NCBI GenBank assembly: GCA_037444405.1
Contig: JBBIML010000008.1
Span: forward strand, 96,001 to 160,000
Direction: 5' to 3'
Length of the DNA stretch: 64,000 nt
Source of the DNA: Armatimonadota bacterium
GTDB lineage: Bacteria > Armatimonadota > Fimbriimonadia > Fimbriimonadales > GBS-DC
Shown: piece after piece, positions 17,955 through 26,984 of the stretch
How positions within the stretch are numbered: the stretch's first letter is position 1
Layout of the letters: every line of letters begins with the position of its first letter
The notes under the pieces: model-generated
Databases searched by the model: none
Told to the model about the DNA's origin: nothing
The model's input: only the letters and a program-made list of their open reading frames with translations
Position numbers and translations under genes: made by a program

Positions 17955-19745
17955 ATGAGAACTATCTCTTTGCGTGGTGGCGAGTTTTTACTGCGCGAGG
18001 TGGAACCCGCGCAGGTGTTTGTGCCTGAAGATTTCAGCTCGGAAGACACCCTGCTGGCGCAGGCTGCCGAGCAGTTCGTGCGCGGCGAGGTGCAACCCCG
18101 CAACGCCGAGATCGAACATCAGCAGGAAGGACTGACTGTCAGCCTGCTCAAAAAGGCGGGCGAGCTGGGGCTGCTGGGCGCCGATCTGCCTGAAGCCTTC
18201 GGCGGTCTGGGACTGCCCAAGACCACCAGCACGCTGATCGCCGAAAAGATGAGTCTGCAAGCCTCGTTCGCCGTCTCGTGGGGCGCCCATGTGGGCATCG
18301 GCACCCTGCCGATCCTCTTTTTCGGCACGCCCGAACAGAAGCGAAAATACCTGCCGAAATTAGCCACGGGCGAGCTGATCGCCGCCTTCGCGCTCAGCGA
18401 GGCGAACTGCGGCTCCGACCCGCTCTCCGCTCGCACACGAGCCAGCCTCTCACCCGACGGCAAATATTATCTGCTCAACGGCGAAAAGATGTGGACGACC
18501 AACGCGGGCTGGGCGGACCTCTTCATCGTGTTCGCCAAAGTGGACGGCGAGAAGTTCACCGCTTTCATCGTGGAGCGCAACTTCCCCGGCGTGTCGGTCG
18601 GGCGTGAGGAGCATAAGATGGGCATCAAAGGCTCCAGCACGCGCCGCGTGATTTTAGAGAACGCGCAGGTGCCCGTCGAAAATGTGCTGCACGAGATTGG
18701 CAAGGGGCACCATGTGGCGTTCGGTGTGCTGAACATCGGGCGGTTCAAGCTCGCCGCCGCCGCGCTGGGCGGCGCGAAGGAGGCGCTCACCATCGCCACC
18801 CGCTACGCCAAAGAGCGCCAGCAGTTCGGACAGCCCATCGCCAGCTTCGGACTCATCCAGCACAAGCTGGCGGAGATGGCGATTCAAATCTACGCGCTGG
18901 AAAGCGCGGTCTACCGCACTGCTGGCATGCTGGACGAGGTGTTTCACGGCATCGACCCGCTCGCACCCGACGCGAATGCCCAGTATCGCGAAGCCGACGA
19001 GGAGTACCCCGTCGAATGCGCCATCCTGAAGGTGTTCGGCTCCGAAGTGCTGGACTATGTGGCGGATGAGACGGTGCAGATTCACGGCGGATTCGGCTAC
19101 ACTGAAGAGTTCCCTGCCGCGCAGATCTACCGCGATAGCCGGATCAACCGCATCTTCGAGGGCACGAACGAGATCAACCGCCTGCTGATGCTGGATCAGC
19201 TGATGCGCCGCGCGCTCAAGGGCAAGCTGCCCGGCTTGATGGAGGCGGCGCAAGCCATCCGCGCCGAACTCAACCAGCCGCAGATGCCCACGCCCGATCC
19301 CATCGACCCGCTGGAGGCGATTGGCAAATATATCACCAGCGCCAAAAAAGCGTTCCTCATGACAGCCGGGATGGCGGTGGAGCAGGTCGGCACTGAGCTG
19401 GAGGAGCGTCAGGAGATTGTGGGACACTTAGCTGACTGCCTGATCCAGCTCTACGCGATGGAGAGCGCGTGGCTGCGCACACGCAAACTTCAGCAGAAGG
19501 GACTGGACATCACCCTGCCGCTGGCGATGACGCGCGTGTTCGCCTACGAAGCGTTCGATGCGATTGAATCGCATGCGCGGCGCGCCCTGCACGCCTTCGC
19601 GGAGGGCGACCTGCTGCAGATTCTGCTCGCCGCGCTCAAGCGCTACATGCGCCGCACCAGCGAGGTGAACACGATGGCACTGCGCCGCCAGATCGCCCGC
19701 TATGTGATCGAGCATGAGCGCGCGTGGCTCGCCAGCACGAAGTAG
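17955..19745 (+). CDS. Acyl-CoA dehydrogenase (FadE/ACAD9-VLCAD-like long form)
   Basis: AFALSEANCGSD, NGEKMWTTN, QIHGGFGY and RIFEGTNEINR; SD GGAGG. Confidence 0.93.
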   Translation: MRTISLRGGEFLLREVEPAQVFVPEDFSSEDTLLAQAAEQFVRGEVQPRNAEIEHQQEGLTVSLLKKAGELGLLGADLPEAFGGLGLPKTTSTLIAEKMSLQASFAVSWGAHVGIGTLPILFFGTPEQKRKYLPKLATGELIAAFALSEANCGSDPLSARTRASLSPDGKYYLLNGEKMWTTNAGWADLFIVFAKVDGEKFTAFIVERNFPGVSVGREEHKMGIKGSSTRRVILENAQVPVENVLHEIGKGHHVAFGVLNIGRFKLAAAALGGAKEALTIATRYAKERQQFGQPIASFGLIQHKLAEMAIQIYALESAVYRTAGMLDEVFHGIDPLAPDANAQYREADEEYPVECAILKVFGSEVLDYVADETVQIHGGFGYTEEFPAAQIYRDSRINRIFEGTNEINRLLMLDQLMRRALKGKLPGLMEAAQAIRAELNQPQMPTPDPIDPLEAIGKYITSAKKAFLMTAGMAVEQVGTELEERQEIVGHLADCLIQLYAMESAWLRTRKLQQKGLDITLPLAMTRVFAYEAFDAIESHARRALHAFAEGDLLQILLAALKRYMRRTSEVNTMALRRQIARYVIEHERAWLASTK

Positions 19746-19751
19746 CCCTGT

Positions 19752-19781
19752 AAATAGGGGGACACCGCTGGGTGTCCCCCT
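19752..19781. terminator. Hairpin terminator between convergent genes
   Basis: 11-bp stem agggggacacc/ggtgtccccct, loop gctg; followed by ATTT on the minus strand. Confidence 0.75.
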
Positions 19782-19820
19782 TCGGCAGGGTGGGGTGTAA
19801 GGATCAAGCCTTAACTTCCG
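19752..19820 (-). ncRNA. Candidate small RNA (~70 nt)
   Basis: Minus-strand -10 TATAGT (19826-19831, preceded by GGTG) about 45 nt upstream of the terminator hairpin, with no ORF between. Confidence 0.35.
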
Positions 19821-19937
19821 TCCCTACTATACACCAGAGCAGCGCGTATGCACGAATTTTGCAGAAAAATGCAACACTCCCTTCGGGTGTGGCAGCTTTC
19901 AAAGCGGGGAAGGGAGAAGGTTTCGATGGGGTTGTCC

Positions 19938-21224
19938 TCACGCTGGCAGGGGCTGGTCTTTCGTTTCGGGCGCGAACAGCAGTATCATCAGCCCCAGCAG
20001 AAAGACGCCTGAAAGCAGAGTAGCTGCCCACTGGATGCTGAAGTGGGCGGTCAGCAGTCCGAAGGTGTAGGGCGCGGCGGCTGCCAGATAGCGCGCCACA
20101 TTATAACAGAACCCGACGCCCGTCGCCCGCAGGCGCGTGGGGAACAGCTCCGGGAAGTAGACGGCGTAGCCTGCAAACAGCGCGGTGGTGAACAAGCCCA
20201 GCAGCGGATAGAGCAGCATCGCCCGCGCGAAGGAGGTGGTCAGGAAGAAGGTGGCGGGCACAATCAGCAGGCACATGAGGAAGGTGAGCGCGAAGGTGGA
20301 GCGTCGACCGATGCGCTGCGCCAGCATCGCCCAGCCCAGCATCCCGAAAAACGCGCCCACCTGCTGAACCATCACCGCGTACGACTTCTGCTCCTCGACC
20401 AGCGAGCGCAGCGCCGCATCGCCTGTGGGATTCAGAGCGCGAGCCAGCAAATCGGGCGACCATGTGCCGATGCCCCAGAAGCCGACCACACCCACCGCGC
20501 CCAGCCCGATTCCAATCAGCACATGGCGACGCCAGAGCCGATCGCCGAACAGCTCGCTGAGTGCGCCCAGCGGCTGACCCGACGCCCGCGCCTGCTCCCA
20601 GCGCTGCGGCTCCCGCACAAACAGCCGAATCACAAACACCAGCAGCGCGGGCAAAAAGCCTATTGCGAACACCCACCGCCAGCCGTACTCGGGTCCAACC
20701 AGCCGATAGAGAACCGCCGCCATCAGATTGCCAATCGCCGAGCATGCCTGCATGATGCCGAGCGCGGTGGGGCGCGCGTGCGCAGGGAAGGTCTCGGCGA
20801 CCAGTGCGACGCCCGCCGCAAACTCGCCGCCAATCCCCAGCCCCGTCAGAAAGCGCAACAGCGCCAGCTGCTGCCAGCTCTGCGCCAGCGCGCTCAGACC
20901 CGTGAAGCCCGCATACATCAGGATGGTGAGCGCCATCGTGCGCGTGCGCCCCAACCGATCGCCGATTATCCCGAACAGGAAGCCGCCCGTCGCCCATCCA
21001 ATCACAAACCACGCCTGCACGATGCCCGAATAGTGCGCCACGCGCGGGTCGGAAGAGCTGGTGTTCAGCAAATCCGCCACGGCAGGTTGACGCGCCAGCA
21101 CATAGAGCCACTGATCCATCGTGTCGAACATCCAGCCCGCGGCGGCGACCGTCAGCACCAGCCAGTGATAGCCGGTCAGACCGCTGTACCAGCGAAGCCT
21201 TTTCGAACCGTCCCGCGACGCCAT
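19938..21224 (-). CDS. MFS transporter
   Basis: GIIGDRLGRTR motif A, GLGIGGEFAAG and ELFPTRLRATG; about 12 TM segments. Confidence 0.92.
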   Translation of the reverse strand: MASRDGSKRLRWYSGLTGYHWLVLTVAAAGWMFDTMDQWLYVLARQPAVADLLNTSSSDPRVAHYSGIVQAWFVIGWATGGFLFGIIGDRLGRTRTMALTILMYAGFTGLSALAQSWQQLALLRFLTGLGIGGEFAAGVALVAETFPAHARPTALGIMQACSAIGNLMAAVLYRLVGPEYGWRWVFAIGFLPALLVFVIRLFVREPQRWEQARASGQPLGALSELFGDRLWRRHVLIGIGLGAVGVVGFWGIGTWSPDLLARALNPTGDAALRSLVEEQKSYAVMVQQVGAFFGMLGWAMLAQRIGRRSTFALTFLMCLLIVPATFFLTTSFARAMLLYPLLGLFTTALFAGYAVYFPELFPTRLRATGVGFCYNVARYLAAAAPYTFGLLTAHFSIQWAATLLSGVFLLGLMILLFAPETKDQPLPA

Positions 21225-21845
21225 TCAATATAGACCCAGACTGCGCAGGAAGTCGCGAAACTGCGGATATTTATCGATCTCCGCACGCAGACTCTGCAGT
21301 TGCATCCGTGCCATCTGCAGCACAGCAGGATTCTGAGCGACCATCGAGCGGATCTGGCGATCTGCTATCTCGCGGAACGGCGGTATCATAAATTCATTAA
21401 ACGAGCCGCATAGCGTATCCTGCACGCTGACCCTCCAGCGGTCCTCCACCTTGCGCAGCACATAGGTTGGACGCATGGTATACCGTCGCCCCTGCGGAGA
21501 GATATACTCCATCGTCACGGTCGCCTTCGCCGTTTCGCCCTCCACCGTGACGGCGCCCACCTGCACCTTCTCCACTTTGCCGATATCCTGACGCTGATAG
21601 CCCGGATAGAGCAGCTGCACAGGGTCGCCCAGTTGTTGCAGAAGCATCATCAGCATGCCTGAGCGGTCGATGTAGCGCTCGAGCCGCTCGCCATCGTTCG
21701 ATTTCGCGGCGTCAAAGAACTGGTTCAGGGCGTAGCCGGGCGAGCGGGTGTAGATGAGGAAGTACCACCCCAGCACGCCCACGATGGCAATCAGCACAAG
21801 GGCGAACACCAGCGCCCACACGCGCCCTGCGACTCTGCGTTGCAT
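21225..21845 (-). CDS. Membrane-anchored hypothetical protein (NTF2/DUF4878-like)
   Basis: N-terminal TM, SPGYALNQFFDAAK and VEGETAKATV...LRKVEDRWRV; SD GGAGGTG before MQRR. Confidence 0.7.
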   Translation of the reverse strand: MQRRVAGRVWALVFALVLIAIVGVLGWYFLIYTRSPGYALNQFFDAAKSNDGERLERYIDRSGMLMMLLQQLGDPVQLLYPGYQRQDIGKVEKVQVGAVTVEGETAKATVTMEYISPQGRRYTMRPTYVLRKVEDRWRVSVQDTLCGSFNEFMIPPFREIADRQIRSMVAQNPAVLQMARMQLQSLRAEIDKYPQFRDFLRSLGLY

Positions 21846-21850
21846 GCCAA

Positions 21851-23017
21851 TCACCTCCGCTGTATCGGTTCGGGACCCAAGCGTTTTGTCCTGCGAATGC
21901 GGAAGAGTGTATAGGCGATCAGGCTCAGGCTGACGCTGAACAAAATACCCGCGTAGGAAATAGGGCGTGCAGACACACTCTGAGCGGTTCGCAGCGGGAT
22001 TTTGAGCTGGGGCTGACCGTCGCGTTGCAACACCGCCCAGCCAGCGGGGGTGTTCGACGCGACAGGCGCCTGCAGCTCGATGGGCAGCAGCACCCAGCGA
22101 TAGCGATGCTGCTGCGCTCGCGGCACAACCCAGATCGCCGCCTGCTCCAGCTGAACGGGCACCTTTGGTTGCGTACCGTTTCGTACGGGCGCGCTCCCCA
22201 CCCTCTGACCTGCCTGACCCAGCGCCACAGGCACCCATTCGTTGAAGCCATACTCCATCAGTGCGATGGTGTCCTGCTCGCGCTGGGGGCTGTTCAGCAC
22301 GACGCTGATGAGCCGTCGCCCCGCTTTGCTGGCGGCGCCTGCGAAGCAAAGCCCCGCCTGGCGTGTGAAGCCCGTCTTGATACCCTCTGCCCACGGGTAC
22401 ATCTCCAGAAACTTCGCCTTCGTGACCACCCAGCGGTCCTGCTGGTCTATCGAGCGTGCAATCTGCACCCTGCGCTGGCACACGATCGCGCGGAACTGGG
22501 GGTTCTCCATCGCGGCGCGGGCAATCAGCGCGAGGTCGCGCGCGGTGGAGAGATGGCGCGGGTGATGAAGCCCGTGCGGGTTCTCGAAATGGGTGTGCGT
22601 GGCGCCCAGCACCTGCGCCTTCTCGTTCATGAGCTGCACGAAACCCTCCACCGAGCCAGCGGTATGCTCCGCCAGCGCGACAGCGGCGTCGTTCGCCGAG
22701 CGCAACAGCAGCGCATAGAGCAGATCGCGCACCGTGACCTGCTCGCCCTCTTTCAGATGGAGCGAGCTGGCGCGGGCGCGCGCCGCGCGCGCCGATGCCG
22801 TCACCACCTCATCCAGACCGCACCGCTCCAGCACAATCAGCGCGGTCATCATCTTGGTCAGGCTGGCGGGCGGCAGAGGCATGTCGGGATTCTTTTCGAA
22901 CAGCACCTGTCCCGTGCTGGCTTCGACAAGAATCGCGCTTCGCGCCTTCAGCTCGGGCGGGTTCGCCCAGAGCCAGCCAAGCAGGAGGCTCCCGCTCACA
23001 CACAACAGCCACCGCAT
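21851..23017 (-). CDS. D-alanyl-D-alanine carboxypeptidase (peptidase S11)
   Basis: PASLTKMM (SxxK), SAND (SxN), NPHGL and KTG. Confidence 0.93.
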   Translation of the reverse strand: MRWLLCVSGSLLLGWLWANPPELKARSAILVEASTGQVLFEKNPDMPLPPASLTKMMTALIVLERCGLDEVVTASARAARARASSLHLKEGEQVTVRDLLYALLLRSANDAAVALAEHTAGSVEGFVQLMNEKAQVLGATHTHFENPHGLHHPRHLSTARDLALIARAAMENPQFRAIVCQRRVQIARSIDQQDRWVVTKAKFLEMYPWAEGIKTGFTRQAGLCFAGAASKAGRRLISVVLNSPQREQDTIALMEYGFNEWVPVALGQAGQRVGSAPVRNGTQPKVPVQLEQAAIWVVPRAQQHRYRWVLLPIELQAPVASNTPAGWAVLQRDGQPQLKIPLRTAQSVSARPISYAGILFSVSLSLIAYTLFRIRRTKRLGPEPIQRR

Positions 23018-23083
23018 AAGTGTCAGTTTCGCGCCGTGCCTTATTGCTCCTACCCCCATACCTGTGCTATAATAGCAATCGGG

Positions 23084-24718
23084 ATGGCGACTAAGCGCGT
23101 GGCTCTGATTATACCGACGCGTAATCGGGCGCATGCGGCGTTCGCGCAGAATGACCGAATCGCGCGCATGTGGAAGAGCGTGCTGTGGCTCTGGGGTCAG
23201 CCCGCCGACATTATTGTTGCAGGCGATGTGAGCAAGAGCCAGTTTAACGCCCAGTACGATATTGGCATCGTGCCTTACCTGTCCGACTACACTTCGGGGC
23301 TGGAGATTTTCAGCTGGGTGAACTACGCGCCAGGCGATAAGCCGCTCTATCTGGTCGGCTACCGAACACCGCAGGGCACGGGCGGCACGCCCGCGACAGG
23401 CGTGCTGGGCATCACACCGCTCGATGGCTCGCCCACCGACATCAAGATGATTGGACGCCGCGCCGTCTGGACCCAGACGGGCACGCGCGTGATCGTGGAA
23501 TCGTTCACCGCGCGGGTGAACAACATCTATCACGCGCTGAGCGTCGATGAGGCTAATCCGAACCTGCAGGTGCTGCTGCGTCCCGATGCCGAGTTGCACC
23601 CGCAGGCGAGCCATGTGTATATTGCACGCTGGTACAACCGCTACTTTGTGCCGACGCTTGGCTACTTGGTAACCTCGCCCTGGCTGATCCCGTGGATTAT
23701 GGTGAATGAGGAGGCAGACCCCGCCTGGAGCCGCCCGCTGAGCATGGACATCGACCACATCTGCACCTGGGGCGCACCGAACGCGCCCGGCTGGAGCTAC
23801 GACATCTATCTGCAGTCGGTGGAGTGGATTCGCGCCTTCTGCCAGACCACGGGGCTGGTTGTGCAGTGCGGTTGCACCACCAGTGCGCTCAGTGATCTGG
23901 GTGCAACGAACCCCTACCTGCATCGCAACGCGCGCAACTATAACTCGCAGCTGGCGCAGATTCACCAGATTCTATTGCAGGAGCAGGATGGCTGCTTCCC
24001 CTGCTGCTGGCACGACCATTACTGGCAGATTGAAAGCACGCTGGGGTTCGGGAATGCGCGGGCGTGGACGAACCCCTACGGCTCGTTTCGCGAGATGAGT
24101 TCGCCGGCGGCGTTCCGCGCCCACTGGAAAGGCACGCTGGACGAGATGCGGCAGATGGGCTTCGCCACCAGCTGGTGCAACCGCCATCGATATCTGAACT
24201 TCGCCAATAACCAGTTCACCGATCGCTATCTGCGCTTTTTGCGGGCGGAGACGCCCGTGCGCGTGGTGCGGGCATGGGTCAGCTCCTGTGTAGTTGCGCC
24301 CGGCGCGCGGCTGATGGCGCACACGCCCTACCTGCGCAACCCGCTGGAGCGACGCTACGGCATCGAACTGGTGGACGCCTATGACCCGCTTTACAGCGAT
24401 AATGTGAACTATGCCACGCAACCTGCTGACCGTGCCACGCTCGCGCTCGCCGAAGGCTATGGCACATCGGGTGAAAGCGTCGATCTGATGTTCACGCGCA
24501 TGCTGGGCGCACGCCTGATCAGGGATGGGCTGAATAAGTGGCTGCGTGGGGGTGGAATCATTTACCATCACAACTACGAAATGAGCTACGAGTGGCCATC
24601 GGTAGCGGTGTATGTCTATCAGGCGCTGGATGCATGGCGGCGCGTGCTGACCCCATGGCTCACTTTCGGCAGTGTGAGCGATCTGGTCGCCTGGCGCAAT
24701 CGCGTGCGCAGCCTCTGA
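23084..24718 (+). CDS. Hypothetical protein, possible polysaccharide-deacetylase-like barrel
   Basis: 544 aa from MATKRV, 10 nt after TATAAT; MDIDH, CCWHDH and IIYHHN potential metal ligands. Confidence 0.6.
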   Translation: MATKRVALIIPTRNRAHAAFAQNDRIARMWKSVLWLWGQPADIIVAGDVSKSQFNAQYDIGIVPYLSDYTSGLEIFSWVNYAPGDKPLYLVGYRTPQGTGGTPATGVLGITPLDGSPTDIKMIGRRAVWTQTGTRVIVESFTARVNNIYHALSVDEANPNLQVLLRPDAELHPQASHVYIARWYNRYFVPTLGYLVTSPWLIPWIMVNEEADPAWSRPLSMDIDHICTWGAPNAPGWSYDIYLQSVEWIRAFCQTTGLVVQCGCTTSALSDLGATNPYLHRNARNYNSQLAQIHQILLQEQDGCFPCCWHDHYWQIESTLGFGNARAWTNPYGSFREMSSPAAFRAHWKGTLDEMRQMGFATSWCNRHRYLNFANNQFTDRYLRFLRAETPVRVVRAWVSSCVVAPGARLMAHTPYLRNPLERRYGIELVDAYDPLYSDNVNYATQPADRATLALAEGYGTSGESVDLMFTRMLGARLIRDGLNKWLRGGGIIYHHNYEMSYEWPSVAVYVYQALDAWRRVLTPWLTFGSVSDLVAWRNRVRSL

Positions 24719-24721
24719 GCT

Positions 24722-25285
24722 TCACTCCGCCTGCGCGGGGCGAACTTCCACCAGAATGACGCCCTCCTGCACAATCTCGCCCTCGCGGCAGTTAAGCGCC
24801 TGCACCACGCCGGCGTAGGGCGCCCGCAGGGTCTGCTCCGTCTTCATCGCCTCCAGCACAATCAGCGGCTGACCCGCCTGCACCGTGTCGCCTCTCTGCA
24901 CCAGCACTTTGCGAATCAAGCCTGGCATGGGTGCAGTGAGCATGCCTTCCGCGCTGGAGTGGGCGCCCGACGCTCGCTTTTCTTTGCCCTTCTGAAACCG
25001 ATAGACGCGCCCCTGATAGCACAGCGTGATTTCGTCGCCGCTGAGCTGGAAGCCCAGCTGCCACACGCCCGCTGGCGTGCGCAGACGCAGCACGCCCTCG
25101 TCGTGAATCTGCCACTCCAGCACGCGATGCTCCGTGCCGTTGGGCAGCACCACACGCCAGCCACCCTGTTCAGGCAGCACCTGCAACCCGATCGGCTCAT
25201 CCCGATAGAGAAACTCCTGCCGACCGACAGCCCTCTCCGCTGGCGCGGAGGCAGCTTCATGGGAAGGGGTTGGTTTCTTATTCAT
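24722..25285 (-). CDS. Stand-alone biotin carboxyl carrier protein (acyl-CoA carboxylase BT+BCCP)
   Basis: LTAPMPG...GDTVQAGQPLIVLEAMKTE biotinyl motif. Confidence 0.88.
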   Translation of the reverse strand: MNKKPTPSHEAASAPAERAVGRQEFLYRDEPIGLQVLPEQGGWRVVLPNGTEHRVLEWQIHDEGVLRLRTPAGVWQLGFQLSGDEITLCYQGRVYRFQKGKEKRASGAHSSAEGMLTAPMPGLIRKVLVQRGDTVQAGQPLIVLEAMKTEQTLRAPYAGVVQALNCREGEIVQEGVILVEVRPAQAE

Positions 25286-26495
25286 ACCGCAGGGCTTCGA
25301 TCGGTTGCAGCTGAGCCGCTCGCCACGCGGGATACAGCCCGAAAAAGATGCCCACCAGCGCGGCGAAGCCGAACGCCAGCAGCACGCCTTCCACAGGAAT
25401 CAGCACCTTCCAGTTCGCCTGCAGGCTGATATAAGTTGCCGCTGCATAGCCCACCGCGATGCCAATCAGCCCGCCAGCAACGCTGATGACCACCGACTCA
25501 ATTAGGAACTGCGCAAGGATGTTCTGGCGAGTGGCGCCAATCGCCTTGCGCAGCCCGATCTCGCGTGTGCGCTCCGTCACCGACACCAGCATGATGTTCA
25601 TAATGCCGATACCGCCCACGATGAGCGAGACCAGCGCGACGCCCGCCAGCAGGAAGGTGAAGGTGCGTGCCGTCTGCTCCACCGTCTCCACGAACTCGCC
25701 CTGATTGAACACGCGAAAATCGGGATCGCCCCACGGCGGGATGCGATGCACACGCATCAATGTCTCCTCCACACACTGCTGGGCAGGTTCCATCACCTCG
25801 CCTGAGCTGGCTTGCACGGAAAGCCCTTCCACATGCTCCACGCCCATCAGGCGGCGCATCGCAGTCGACAGCGGCACATAGATGCGGTCATCGAAGCTGC
25901 GGAAGCCCGTGTCGCCCTTGTATTGCAGTCGCCCGATAACCCGAAACGGTTGACCATTAATGCGGATGGTCTTGCCGATGCACGCGCCGCTCTGGAACAG
26001 TTCTTCCCACACGGTGTGCCCAATGACGGCGACTCGCGCCATCGCGCGCTCTTCCGCCTCGTTGTAGTAGCGCCCTTCCGCCAGCACCAGGTTGCGAATC
26101 GCGGCATATTCGGGCCAGGCGCCCGTGACGCTGGTGCGCATATTGCGATTGAGATATTTCACCTGGTAGGCAGAGGAGGTTTCGGGTGAGACGCGAACGA
26201 CCAGCTCGCCACAGCTTTTGAGGATGGCGTCGGCGTCGGACGGCTTCATCGTCTGCACGCTGCCGAAGCCCAGAAACGCGCCGCCGCGCCGTGCCTGCCC
26301 CGCGCGCACGGTCAGCACATTCGCGCCCAGCTTCTGCACCTGCTCCAGCGTGTAGGCGCGGGCGCCCTGCGCGATCCCGATCATCGCAATCACCGCGCCC
26401 ACGCCGATAATCACGCCCAGCATGGTCAGCAGCGTGCGCATCTTGTTCACGCGCAGGCTCTCTATCGCTGATAGAAAGCTCTCGATAATGTTCAT
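25278..26495 (-). CDS. MacB/FtsX family ABC transporter permease
   Basis: RTLLTMLGVIIGVGAVI and GGIGIMNIMLVSVTERTREIGLRKAIGA. Confidence 0.93.
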   Translation of the reverse strand: MNIIESFLSAIESLRVNKMRTLLTMLGVIIGVGAVIAMIGIAQGARAYTLEQVQKLGANVLTVRAGQARRGGAFLGFGSVQTMKPSDADAILKSCGELVVRVSPETSSAYQVKYLNRNMRTSVTGAWPEYAAIRNLVLAEGRYYNEAEERAMARVAVIGHTVWEELFQSGACIGKTIRINGQPFRVIGRLQYKGDTGFRSFDDRIYVPLSTAMRRLMGVEHVEGLSVQASSGEVMEPAQQCVEETLMRVHRIPPWGDPDFRVFNQGEFVETVEQTARTFTFLLAGVALVSLIVGGIGIMNIMLVSVTERTREIGLRKAIGATRQNILAQFLIESVVISVAGGLIGIAVGYAAATYISLQANWKVLIPVEGVLLAFGFAALVGIFFGLYPAWRAAQLQPIEALRYE

Positions 26496-26545
26496 TGCCA
26501 GTTCCCTCCTGCTTCGTCGTTCCTCGCCCCTATTCACTTTGCTGC

Positions 26546-26570
26546 GTCGCCTGGGCGTCCCGCCCAGCGA
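26546..26570. repeat. REP-like palindrome CTGGGCG-TCC-CGCCCAG
   Basis: Shares the 15-mer TGGGCGTCCCGCCCA with 41091-41105. Confidence 0.55.
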
Positions 26571-26585
26571 TGAAGTTTACCCCTT

Positions 26586-26936
26586 CTAAGCCGCCGACTG
26601 CTCAATCGCCGACTGCAGGTAAGGTTGAAGCTGGCTCCACGCGGCGCGCAGCTGCTGAATCGCCTGCGGCGCCTCACTCAGTTCGCCTGACCGCCCCAGA
26701 TTCTCCAGCTGAGCCGCATACTGGGCAAACGAATCGGCGCCGATAGAGCGCGCACTGCCCTTGAGCGTGTGGGCGACCTGACGCACCTGCGGCGCGTCGC
26801 CCGCTTCAATCGCCTGCTCCAGACGGGCAATCAGCTCTGGCGTCTGACTCAGAAACTCGCCCAGCAACTCGGCGCAAAATTCCGCGTCGCCGCCAGTGAT
26901 CTCGTTCAGATAGTCCCAGTTGGGCATGAGGTTCAC
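26586..26936 (-). CDS. Hpt phosphotransfer protein
   Basis: AHTLKGSARSIGA. Confidence 0.9.
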   Translation of the reverse strand: MNLMPNWDYLNEITGGDAEFCAELLGEFLSQTPELIARLEQAIEAGDAPQVRQVAHTLKGSARSIGADSFAQYAAQLENLGRSGELSEAPQAIQQLRAAWSQLQPYLQSAIEQSAA

Positions 26937-26984
26937 CTCCGAGCCGTCTTCGTTTGGGCAGGATGCCCAGGCTACTGATCTCGC

